From an uncultured Clostridia bacterium (GTDB taxonomy: Bacteria; Bacillota; Clostridia; TANB77; CAG-508): a DNA stretch of 64,000 bases. Where the stretch lies: positions 23,503-87,502 of the forward strand of contig CALXRX010000004.1 of NCBI GenBank assembly GCA_944390975.1. The letters are read 5' to 3'. The translations under genes and the position numbers were made by a program. The notes beneath the pieces were generated by a model that was given only the letters and a program-made list of their open reading frames with translations, did not search any database and was not told the DNA's origin. Below, one piece after another: positions 9,887 through 18,400 of this stretch (positions within the stretch are counted from its first letter, which is position 1; each line of letters opens with the position of its first letter).

Positions 9887-9915
9887 TTGACAAATCCATT
9901 TAATCTGTATATAAT
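9887..9915 (+). promoter_or_regulatory. consensus sigma-A promoter (TTGACA-17-TATAAT)
   Basis: TTGACA at 9887-9892, an exact 17-nt spacer, and TATAAT at 9910-9915. No ORF lies downstream; it drives the short RNA listed next. Confidence 0.65.
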
Positions 9916-9921
9916 AATTAT

Positions 9922-10012
9922 AGGAAATGGAGAAACCACAAACGTGGCCAACCTCAAATTAGTGTTTTGACACATCTAACTCGGGAAAGTTTACAGATGT
10001 GTCTGTTTTTTT
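9922..10012 (+). ncRNA. candidate small RNA of about 90 nt (putative type I antitoxin)
   Basis: It starts about 7 nt after the consensus -10. A 5' hairpin (CCAC-AAAC-GTGG) is present. The terminator is GACACATCT (9969-9977) paired with AGATGTGTC (9995-10003), followed by TGTTTTTTT. It has no SD-preceded ORF. Its 3' end lies 3 nt from the stop of the convergent peptide gene. Confidence 0.45.
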
Positions 10013-10015
10013 GGT

Positions 10016-10138
10016 TTATTTGCTCTTACAAAGTAGTATTACAAGTACTATTATTGAAGTAAGAGCTATGATAGTTACGCCAATTAATGAATAATATAAT
10101 ATGTATATTGTTGCAATTAATGTTTGTATTTCTACCAT
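10016..10138 (-). CDS. 40-aa hydrophobic peptide with Lys-rich tail (candidate type I toxin)
   Basis: MVEIQTLIATIYILYYSLIGVTIIALTSIIVLVILLCKSK. SD GGAGGTGA lies 8 nt before the ATG at 10138. The SD can pair with an upstream CCTCC (CCTCC-AATAA-GGAGG, about 10146-10165). Confidence 0.5.
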   Translation of the reverse strand: MVEIQTLIATIYILYYSLIGVTIIALTSIIVLVILLCKSK

Positions 10139-10288
10139 ACGCCTCACCTCCTTATTGGAGGAAGACCACATCTGCTTATTCTCATACCTAAATTGACACC
10201 TGTATAAAATAATATAAAAAAACTCCAAAATCTACTGATTAACATTTTTAAACATTAACAATAAATCTTGGAAGTTTATTTTTTTATC

Positions 10289-11110
10289 CTATGCTGATTT
10301 TAATTCAAGCCTTAATTTATCAGCAATCATTGCTATAAATTCTGAATTCGTTGGCTTGCCTTTTGCAGCTGATACAGTATATCCAAATATATTTTCTACT
10401 GCTTCTTGTTGTCCTCTTCCCCATGCTACTTCTATTGCATGGCGGATTGCTCTTTCTACTCTTGAAGGTGTTGTTGAATATTTTTCTGCTATCTCAGGAT
10501 ATAATTGTTTTGTTATTTGGTTTATTACATCTATATCATTAACTACTAGCATAATAGCTTCTCTCAAATATTGGTATCCTTTAATATGTGCTGGTACTCC
10601 TACTTCGTGAATTATATTTGTTACTAATGCTTCTAAATTTTCTTGGTTCTTTTTATTGGCTTCTGGTATTTCTATATATGGCGCTTTTATTTCTCTTGAC
10701 ATCATTGTTACATTTTTAAATTGCGATGGTTGGTAATTTCTTAAATCTTTTATTCTTTTTAATAGTAGTTTAATATCAAATGGTTTTACTACATAATATT
10801 CCGCTCCTAAGTCTAATGCTCTTTGAGTTATTTTATCTTGTCCCACTGCTGATAGCATTATGCATAAAGGTGGTTTCCTTAGATTTGATGCGGCAATTTT
10901 TTCCAATACTCCTATTCCATCTAAATGTGGCATAATTACATCTAATAATACAATATCTGGTTGTGTATTAGATAATATTTCAAATGCCTCATTACCATCT
11001 CTCGCCATGCCAATAACTTCCATTTCATCTTCTTGTTCAACATATCCTGCTAAATTGTTAGCAAATTCACTATTATCATCTGCTATTAATACTGTAATTT
11101 TGTCTTTCAC
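10289..11110 (-). CDS. spo0A: sporulation master response regulator Spo0A
   Basis: Receiver domain ([22 protein letters not shown]) plus the Spo0A-specific C-terminal domain ([38 protein letters not shown]). GTG start after GGAGGAA. Confidence 0.96.
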   Translation of the reverse strand: MKDKITVLIADDNSEFANNLAGYVEQEDEMEVIGMARDGNEAFEILSNTQPDIVLLDVIMPHLDGIGVLEKIAASNLRKPPLCIMLSAVGQDKITQRALDLGAEYYVVKPFDIKLLLKRIKDLRNYQPSQFKNVTMMSREIKAPYIEIPEANKKNQENLEALVTNIIHEVGVPAHIKGYQYLREAIMLVVNDIDVINQITKQLYPEIAEKYSTTPSRVERAIRHAIEVAWGRGQQEAVENIFGYTVSAAKGKPTNSEFIAMIADKLRLELKSA

Positions 11111-11229
11111 TTTTATTCCTCCTATTTTTTAAAAAAATTTGTAAAAAATTTACATTTCGTATTATATTATTGATTAAATTTATTTGCAATAGTTTTCTGG
11201 AAATTTTTTCAAATTATTCCAATACTGCT

Positions 11230-11871
11230 TTATATATTAATGTTTTTTTCTATATACTTTTCATTTATTATATCTATTTTTGTCATTTTAAAACAATTTT
11301 TATCTAAATTGCTTTCTATTTTATTTAACATTTCATTTGAAATTTCTATAATAAATTCTACATTATCTAAATATTCTTCTTTTAGAATTCTAATATTATT
11401 TTTTCTGCAAAAGTATTTAAAACTTTCAATTTCAGAATATGAGACAACAATTCTTATTTCTTTACCTTTTTCTTTTTGTATAAATTTTGCATGTTCAAGT
11501 GCTTCCATAGTAGCTTGCGAATATGCCCTTACAAGCCCTCCTGTTCCTAGCAATATACCACCAAAATATCTTGTTACAATTACTAAAATATTGCATAAAT
11601 TATTGCCTTTTAAAATTGATAACATAGGTTGTCCTGCTGTCCCTGATGGCTCACCATCATCACTACATCTTTCTAATTTATTACCTGCACTATCTATAAC
11701 TATATAAGCATAACAATTATGTTTTGCATCATAATACCTTTTCTTTGTATTCTTTATAACTTCCTCTGCTTCTTCTATTGAAGATATGTAAAACATATTT
11801 GCTATAAATTTTGATTTCTTTTCTATTATTTGACCAGAAATATTTTCTTTTATTGTCTTAAATTCTTCCAT
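11230..11871 (-). CDS. yigZ: YigZ/IMPACT family protein (UPF0029)
   Basis: SKFIAN..HNCYAY..DDGEPSGTAGQPML..VTRYFGGILLGTGGLVRAY is the family signature. Confidence 0.8.
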   Translation of the reverse strand: MEEFKTIKENISGQIIEKKSKFIANMFYISSIEEAEEVIKNTKKRYYDAKHNCYAYIVIDSAGNKLERCSDDGEPSGTAGQPMLSILKGNNLCNILVIVTRYFGGILLGTGGLVRAYSQATMEALEHAKFIQKEKGKEIRIVVSYSEIESFKYFCRKNNIRILKEEYLDNVEFIIEISNEMLNKIESNLDKNCFKMTKIDIINEKYIEKNINI

Positions 11872-11881
11872 TTATCCTCCA

Positions 11882-13144
11882 TTAACTCATTCCAGCTGTG
11901 TATCCTGTTGAATATGCAATTTGTAAATTAAACCCTCCTGTATATGCATCAACATCTATTATTTCACCTGCAAAGTATAATCCTTTTATAATTTTAGACT
12001 CCATTGTTGATGAATTAATTTCTTTTATATCAATACCACCTGCTGTAATAATTGCCTCATTTATATCTCTAAATCCTTTTATTGTAAGCTTGAAGTTTTT
12101 AAGTAATTTTACTAAGTCTAGTCTTTCCATTTTATTAATTTCATTTACTTGTTTGTTTAAATCTATTCCAGATAATTTTATGATTGTTTCTATCATTTTT
12201 TTAGGAATTAAATCGTCTAAACTATTTTTAAACTGCTTATTTTTAAATTTTTCAAAATCTTTTAATATTCTATTATTTAATTTTTCTTCTGATAAAGCAG
12301 GTTTTAAATCTATTACTAATTGTATCTTATCTTTTTTTAATAATTCCGTAGCATTTTTATACCTTAATAAATGTGCAGATGCACTTAATATAATTGGTCC
12401 TGAAACTCCAAAATGAGTAAATAGCATTTCTCCAAAATCTTCATAAATTACTTTTTTATTTTCTAAGTTTATAAACTTAATTTTAACATTTTTTAAACTT
12501 AAACCTTGCATATTTTTGCAAAGTTCTATTTCTTTACATGTTAATGGCACAAGTGATGGTTTTAGTTCTTTTATAGTATGACCTAGTTCTTTTGCCATTG
12601 CATATCCATCTCCTGTAGAGCCTGTTGATTTATAACTTTTGCCTCCTGTTGCTAAAATTATTTTATCTGCTAATATTGTTTGTTCTTCTGAATTATTGTC
12701 TTTAATATATGTAATTCCTGTTACTCTATTTTCATTAGTTAAAATTTTTGTTACCTTAGTATTAGTCTTTATATCTACTTTTAATTTTTTTAATTCTTGT
12801 AACAAAGCATTAAGTACACTAAGTGATTTATCACTTGCAGGAAATATTCTATTTCCTCTTTCTTCTTTTACTTTTACATTATTTTGTTCTAAAATTTTTA
12901 TAATATCTTGGTTAGTGAAATTATTAAATGCACTATAAAGAAATTTGCCATTTCCAGGAATATTTTTAATAAATTCAGACATTTCTAAACTACTTGTTAT
13001 ATTACATCTTCCTTTTCCTGTAATTAATAGCTTTTTTCCACACATATTCATTTTTTCTAATATAGTTACCTTATCTCCTTTTCTAGCTGCACTAATAGCA
13101 GATAACATTCCTGCAGGTCCACCGCCAATTATTAATACTTTCAT
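11882..13144 (-). CDS. NAD(P)/FAD-dependent oxidoreductase, HI0933/BaiN-like flavoprotein
   Basis: Rossmann motif VLIIGGGPAGM, GKKLLITGKGRCNIT, and C-terminal GLYFAGEIIDVDAYTGGFNLQIA. Confidence 0.8.
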   Translation of the reverse strand: MKVLIIGGGPAGMLSAISAARKGDKVTILEKMNMCGKKLLITGKGRCNITSSLEMSEFIKNIPGNGKFLYSAFNNFTNQDIIKILEQNNVKVKEERGNRIFPASDKSLSVLNALLQELKKLKVDIKTNTKVTKILTNENRVTGITYIKDNNSEEQTILADKIILATGGKSYKSTGSTGDGYAMAKELGHTIKELKPSLVPLTCKEIELCKNMQGLSLKNVKIKFINLENKKVIYEDFGEMLFTHFGVSGPIILSASAHLLRYKNATELLKKDKIQLVIDLKPALSEEKLNNRILKDFEKFKNKQFKNSLDDLIPKKMIETIIKLSGIDLNKQVNEINKMERLDLVKLLKNFKLTIKGFRDINEAIITAGGIDIKEINSSTMESKIIKGLYFAGEIIDVDAYTGGFNLQIAYSTGYTAGMS

Positions 13145-13882
13145 TTATTCTCCTTTTATTAGTTTCTTACATATTTCTAATGCATATTTTTGTGCTTCTA
13201 TAGCAGATGTTCTTTCATATTCCTCTTTAGTTAATTCGTTATCTGATATTACACGTATTCCTAGTACTGGTATATTATATTTGTTACATATTGTATATGA
13301 ACTTATAGTTTCCATATCTTCGCATAAGATGTTATATTTTTCATTAAACCATTTAATTCTATCTATCTCATTGTCCCACACGTCTCCGCTTCCAATTCTT
13401 CCAACTACAACGTTTCCATTTTTATGTTGTTTACTACAACTAATTGCAATTTCACATAATTTAGTATCAGCTTCCCATGTAACTAATTCATCTTTTCCTT
13501 CTTTAAATGTTAATAATTCCCATTCTAATGAATTACTTCCTTTATCTAGTTCTTTATGTGCTGTAATATAAGAATTTATATTAATGCAATCATTCCCAAT
13601 AACAATATCATGGTTATGAATATTTATTGAATTTGCTCCTGCTGTTCCTTGATTTATTAGTGCTAATGGTTTAAAGTTAGTAACAGCAATAAATGTAGCT
13701 ACTGCTGATTGTATTAAGCCAATATTTGTTTTCGAAATAATTATTGGATAATTATTATATAAACCTTTATAAAATTTATATCCATATAATTCTGTTTCTT
13801 CTACATTACTTATTGTTTCTTTTAAATAACTAATTTCTACATCCATTGCACCTTGTATAATTATTGGTTTTCTTTGTTCCAT
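13145..13882 (-). CDS. 5'-methylthioadenosine/S-adenosylhomocysteine nucleosidase family protein
   Basis: PNP_UDP_1 fold motifs IIIQGAMDVEI, NQGTAGA, GSGDVW and EDMET. Its start abuts the stop of the downstream gene. Confidence 0.7.
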   Translation of the reverse strand: MEQRKPIIIQGAMDVEISYLKETISNVEETELYGYKFYKGLYNNYPIIISKTNIGLIQSAVATFIAVTNFKPLALINQGTAGANSINIHNHDIVIGNDCININSYITAHKELDKGSNSLEWELLTFKEGKDELVTWEADTKLCEIAISCSKQHKNGNVVVGRIGSGDVWDNEIDRIKWFNEKYNILCEDMETISSYTICNKYNIPVLGIRVISDNELTKEEYERTSAIEAQKYALEICKKLIKGE

Positions 13883-13895
13883 TTTTATTTTCTCC

Positions 13896-15143
13896 TTAAT
13901 TTTGCATATTACTAATTGCTTTTAATACTCCTAATTTCCCATATTCATATGTAAGTCCACCTTGCATAAATGCTACGTATGGCTTACGTATTGGTGCATC
14001 ACATGATAATTCTATTGATGAGCCTTGTGTAAATGCTCCCGCTGCCATAATTACTTTATCTGTATATCCTGGCATATCCCAAGGCTCTGGTATAGAATTT
14101 GAATCTATAGGAGATCCCATTTGAATACCTTGACAATATTTTATTAATGCATCTTCATTTCCAAAATTGATTGTTTGAACTATATCTGCTCTTTTTTCAT
14201 TATATAATGGAGATGGCTTATATCCTAGCTTTTCTAAAATTCTACTTGCAAAAACGGCTGTTTTTAGGCTACTTGCTACAACACTTGGTGCAAAAAATAG
14301 TCCTTGTAAAAATTGTTTATTTATACCTAGACTTGGTCCTACTTCTTTTCCTTGGCCAGGTGTTGTAAGTCTTTGTGCAGCAAGTTCAACCAATTCTTTT
14401 TTTCCTGCTATATATGCCCCATTAGGAGCTATTCCTCCTCCTAAGTTTTTTATTAAAGATCCTACTATTACATCTGCTCCAACTTCTAAAGGCTCTTTTT
14501 TTCCTACAAATTCACAATAACAATTATCTATCATAATTATTACTTCTTTATTAACTTTTCTTATTTCTTTAATTATATCTTCTACTTGTTCAATTTGGAT
14601 GCTTTTTCTTAATGAATAACCTCTTGAACGTTGTATCTCAATTAGTTTTACATTTCCCTTTTTTACTCGATTAATAATAGTTTGTGTATCAAATTCATTA
14701 TCTATTAAGTCTATTTGTTCATATTTTATATCAAATGCTTTTAGTGAACTATCATTTTCTTCTATTCCAATTACGCTATCTAAAGTATCATATGGCTTCC
14801 CAGAAATACTAAGCATCGTGTCTCCAGGTCTTAAAAATGCAAATAAAGCTACAGTTAAAGCATGCGTTCCTGAAATAAATTGGCTACGTACTAATGCATC
14901 CTCTGCACCCAGTACATTTGCAAAAACTTTTTCAATAGTATCTCTACCAACATCTCCATAACCATATCCAGTAGTACTATTAAAATGTAAATCTGAAATA
15001 TTATTTTCTCTAAAGGCATTTAATACTTTTAAACTGTTAAATTCACATATTTCATTTATTTTCTTAAATACTCCTTGTATTTCTTCTTCTGTTTCTTTTG
15101 CTAGTTCTAATAATTCATCTTTTATTCCAAATTTCTGATACAT
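13896..15143 (-). CDS. PLP-dependent Cys/Met-metabolism family protein (YnbB / 'aluminium resistance' type)
   Basis: TGYGYGDVGRD..ALVRSQFISGTHAL..GSLIKNLGGGIAPNGAYIAG is typical of the YnbB family. Confidence 0.8.
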   Translation of the reverse strand: MYQKFGIKDELLELAKETEEEIQGVFKKINEICEFNSLKVLNAFRENNISDLHFNSTTGYGYGDVGRDTIEKVFANVLGAEDALVRSQFISGTHALTVALFAFLRPGDTMLSISGKPYDTLDSVIGIEENDSSLKAFDIKYEQIDLIDNEFDTQTIINRVKKGNVKLIEIQRSRGYSLRKSIQIEQVEDIIKEIRKVNKEVIIMIDNCYCEFVGKKEPLEVGADVIVGSLIKNLGGGIAPNGAYIAGKKELVELAAQRLTTPGQGKEVGPSLGINKQFLQGLFFAPSVVASSLKTAVFASRILEKLGYKPSPLYNEKRADIVQTINFGNEDALIKYCQGIQMGSPIDSNSIPEPWDMPGYTDKVIMAAGAFTQGSSIELSCDAPIRKPYVAFMQGGLTYEYGKLGVLKAISNMQN

Positions 15144-15175
15144 GATAATCTCCTTATTATAAATCTATAAAAAAT

Positions 15176-16927
15176 TTACTCAGTAACTTTATTTGTATAA
15201 TAACTTTCACCATATCCATAATATACTTTATAGTATTTTCCTAAAAATTCTGGCTCTGTATTTTCCTCTTGTAATTGGTATGTTGGCTCTATTATAGTGT
15301 TTCCTTCTTTGTCTATAACACCCCATTTTCCATCTTGCTTAATACCTCCAAAACCATATTCATTAATTTGCGTTACTTTATCATATATATAGTCTATTAC
15401 AATATTTCCTTGTTTATCTATAAAGCCCCACTTCCCATCTTTTTGTGAAGCAAACAAGTTGTTATTTTTAAATATGTCTTGTGGAGTTAATTCATTACCA
15501 TTAAAGTCAAAATATTTAGTTTCTTTTTCAGAATAAACTTCTACATATTCATCATTTTTTGATGCAATTGCATTGTCTATTGAACATATTTTTTCTAAAT
15601 TTGTTCCATATAGTTCTAATTTATTTTCTTTTAAAATTTTTGCTTCTACAAGGTTTGTATCATCTATTTTTTGTAAAACTTCATACATAAACTCTACTAC
15701 TACTTCATCTTTTGTGTTTATAACACCTAAATATCCATCATCTCTTGCAGCAATAAAGAATTCCCCAAATAAATATTCAATATAATTATATTTGTTTGGT
15801 ATTAATTCTTTTTTCTCACTATTAATAACACCATATAAACTTTCTTCATTAACAGTTATATAGTAATTATTTTCTGATGTTTCTAACATAGTTGTATATT
15901 TAGAATTTTCTATTTCATTTCCTTGTGCATCATAAAACACATATTCATTTTCATTTCTATAAGCTTTTAAATATATACCATTAATCTCAATACTTGAATA
16001 ATTTATTGGGATAATTTCTTTTGCATTAATATCTGCTACTCCATATTTAGAATTTCTTTGTAATAAGAAAATATTATTAGTGCTGTCATATTCTATTCCT
16101 TGATATGCATAATCAATTAAAACTTTATTATTTTTTAATAAACCATACTTACCATTCTTAACTGCTATTAAAAATACATCTGTACTTTCAGTATCTAATA
16201 ATCTAGTTATAGAATTGTATTCTACATCAAGCACTTTTTCTAGTTTATAATTAATATATCCATATCTATAACCATCTTGTGTTGTATTTTTAACAATGTA
16301 TCCAGATAGTCCATATTGATTTTCCGCTGTATAAAACCCATCTGCTTTAATTTCATCATATATTGGCTCTATTAATTTTGCCCCTTTATCGTTTATTGCA
16401 CCATATTTTCCTTCTTGCTTAACTAACAATACACTTTCTTTATTTTCCATTGCATCTATTTCTTCATAAATTGGTTTAGTAATTACTTTTCCATTATAGT
16501 CTATTAATCCATATTTACCATCTTGTTTATATTTTAAAACTCTTTTTTCATATGGAATACTACTTGCAACTCCTTTAATTGGTATTGCTGTTACTTCTTC
16601 ATACTCTGTAAATATTTCCTCTTTATTTTCGTTTAATACAATTGTATTATTATCTTTTGTACAAATAAAAATTGATTTTTCAGGATTAGGTATTTTTACA
16701 CTTTCATATATTGGCTCTATTACTATATTTCCATTTACATCAATAACACCATATTTATCATCTTCGTTTAATTGATAGTATTTGTATTCTGATACTTCTG
16801 TAAGTGAATATTCTTTGGTTTTATAATCTAAAAACAAAAATACTCCTATAACTACTAAAATTATTAATATTACTAATACTATAACTTTTACTTTATTTTT
16901 CTTTATAATTTCTAGTACCTTTTCCAT
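15176..16927 (-). CDS. WG-repeat (KWG) containing membrane-anchored protein
   Basis: Many repeats of the form DGKYGLIDxxGKxIIxPIYDEI. N-terminal signal anchor. The start is uncertain: the ATG at 16927 has a distant GGAGG, and the ATG at 16960 has none. Confidence 0.7.
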   Translation of the reverse strand: MEKVLEIIKKNKVKVIVLVILIILVVIGVFLFLDYKTKEYSLTEVSEYKYYQLNEDDKYGVIDVNGNIVIEPIYESVKIPNPEKSIFICTKDNNTIVLNENKEEIFTEYEEVTAIPIKGVASSIPYEKRVLKYKQDGKYGLIDYNGKVITKPIYEEIDAMENKESVLLVKQEGKYGAINDKGAKLIEPIYDEIKADGFYTAENQYGLSGYIVKNTTQDGYRYGYINYKLEKVLDVEYNSITRLLDTESTDVFLIAVKNGKYGLLKNNKVLIDYAYQGIEYDSTNNIFLLQRNSKYGVADINAKEIIPINYSSIEINGIYLKAYRNENEYVFYDAQGNEIENSKYTTMLETSENNYYITVNEESLYGVINSEKKELIPNKYNYIEYLFGEFFIAARDDGYLGVINTKDEVVVEFMYEVLQKIDDTNLVEAKILKENKLELYGTNLEKICSIDNAIASKNDEYVEVYSEKETKYFDFNGNELTPQDIFKNNNLFASQKDGKWGFIDKQGNIVIDYIYDKVTQINEYGFGGIKQDGKWGVIDKEGNTIIEPTYQLQEENTEPEFLGKYYKVYYGYGESYYTNKVTE

Positions 16928-16981
16928 TTTTACTAATATTCCCCTCCATATGAAGTGCATCCATTCTATAAGAATGTTACT

Positions 16982-18310
16982 TTATTCTTCTGTTTCATCT
17001 TTAATATTTTCTTCATTAATTGTATTATTTTTACATACTTTTACTTTTATTATTCTTTTATCTTCATATTCTTCTATTTTATAAGTAACTTTTTCAGTTT
17101 CAATAATAGGCTTTTCTTCATCTTCAGGAATTCTTCCTAATTTTTCTTGTAAATATCCTGATAATGTTTCATAATCTCCTTCTTCAATTTTAACATCTAA
17201 TAGCTTGCTTAAATCACTTATATTCATGCTTCCACTAATTAGATAAGTATTTTCATCTAGTTTTTCATATTCTTTTTCTATTTCATCATATTCGTCAAAA
17301 ATATCTCCAACTAGTTCTTCTAATATATCTTCCATTGTAATTAATCCTGCTGTTCCTCCATATTCATCAAGCACTATTGCCATTTGATTATTATTTTTTT
17401 GTAATTCTTTGAATAATTCATCTATTGGTTTAGATTGTGCTACAAAATATGCAGGTCTTATTATACTTTTTAATTTTATATTTCTTTTGCTTTTTACATA
17501 TTTTAATAAATCTTTTAAATATAAAATACCTCTTATTTCATCTATTGTATCTTCATATACTGGTATTCTACTGTATCTATATTCTTCTAATTCTTCAATT
17601 AGTTCATTTACATTCATATCTATATTAAGTGCATATATATCTGTTCTATGTGTCATTACTTCTGATACAGTAGTATCATTAAATTCAAATACATTATTAA
17701 TAAGTTCTTTTTCATTTTCTTCTATTGAGCCTTTTTCTTCGCCTTCATCTACCATCATTTTTATTTCTTCTTCTGTAACTATTTCTTCATCTTTTTCTGA
17801 AACCCCAAATAATTTAGATACAATATTTGTAGATGCTGTTAGTAATTTTACAAATGGTACTGTTAAAATATATATAAATCTTATAATTCCTATTGTTGCA
17901 AATGCTATTTTTTCATAATTTTTCATTGCTAGTCTTTTTGGTACTAGTTCTCCAAATACTAATGTAAAGAATGATAAAATCATAGTTATAATTATTATTG
18001 AAACACTTTGCCATACAGATATTGATATAGCAGGGATTAAGTCATTTAATATTGGAGCTAATTTACTAGCAAATGCGTCTGAGGCAAATGCACTAGATAA
18101 AAAACCTGCTAAAGTAATTCCTATTTGGATTGTTGCTAAAAATCTACTTGGATTTTCTAGCATTTTAAGTATTTGTTTTGCTTTTTTATCACCACTTTTG
18201 GCTTGTTTGGCAATTTTAGCATCATTTAGAGAAATGAAAGCAATTTCGCTTGCTGCAAAAAAAGCATTTAAGAGTATTAATATAATTAATATTATAATTT
18301 GTGAAAACAT
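16982..18310 (-). CDS. hemolysin-family protein, CNNM(DUF21)-CBS-CorC_HlyC
   Basis: N-terminal four-TM DUF21 (FFAASEIAFISL), a CBS pair, and a C-terminal CorC/HlyC transporter-associated domain. Confidence 0.85.
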   Translation of the reverse strand: MFSQIIILIILILLNAFFAASEIAFISLNDAKIAKQAKSGDKKAKQILKMLENPSRFLATIQIGITLAGFLSSAFASDAFASKLAPILNDLIPAISISVWQSVSIIIITMILSFFTLVFGELVPKRLAMKNYEKIAFATIGIIRFIYILTVPFVKLLTASTNIVSKLFGVSEKDEEIVTEEEIKMMVDEGEEKGSIEENEKELINNVFEFNDTTVSEVMTHRTDIYALNIDMNVNELIEELEEYRYSRIPVYEDTIDEIRGILYLKDLLKYVKSKRNIKLKSIIRPAYFVAQSKPIDELFKELQKNNNQMAIVLDEYGGTAGLITMEDILEELVGDIFDEYDEIEKEYEKLDENTYLISGSMNISDLSKLLDVKIEEGDYETLSGYLQEKLGRIPEDEEKPIIETEKVTYKIEEYEDKRIIKVKVCKNNTINEENIKDETEE

Positions 18311-18353
18311 TTTTTATCATTTTTTCCTTTCTTACTTGTGTTTTATAAGAAAT

Positions 18354-18382
18354 ATTATATATTTAACCCTTTTATATGTCAA
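18354..18382 (-). promoter_or_regulatory. consensus sigma-A promoter for the CNNM-to-yigZ gene string
   Basis: On the minus strand, TTGACA (18382-18377), a 17-nt spacer, and TATAAT (18359-18354). Confidence 0.6.
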
Positions 18383-18400
18383 TTGTTTTCATATATTTTT

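Noticed and set aside
9751-9975. 74-aa minus-strand ORF in the spacer upstream of the DUF3883-like gene.
   Set aside because: It has no SD. It spans two back-to-back consensus promoters and the sRNA body. Its composition looks like translated intergenic DNA.
9969-10003. Both candidate sRNA terminators (9969-10003 and 23980-24006) share the heptamer CACATCT/AGATGTG. The peptide 5' UTR also contains AGATGTG.
   Set aside because: A 7-nt match among a few hundred nt of AT-rich sequence is expected by chance. I do not treat it as evidence of a repeat family or a trans-pairing site.
10139-10228. The 30-codon N-terminal extension of the hydrophobic peptide ORF (the 70-aa version in the ORF track).
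   Set aside because: The upstream start has no SD. The internal ATG at 10138 has a perfect GGAGGTGA at 8-nt spacing. The extension would translate through the SD-sequestering hairpin.
11111-11229. I searched the spo0A upstream region for 0A boxes (TGTCGAA) and a sigma-H promoter.
   Set aside because: I found only a partial ATACGAA and no convincing -35/-10 match. This is too weak to report as a feature.
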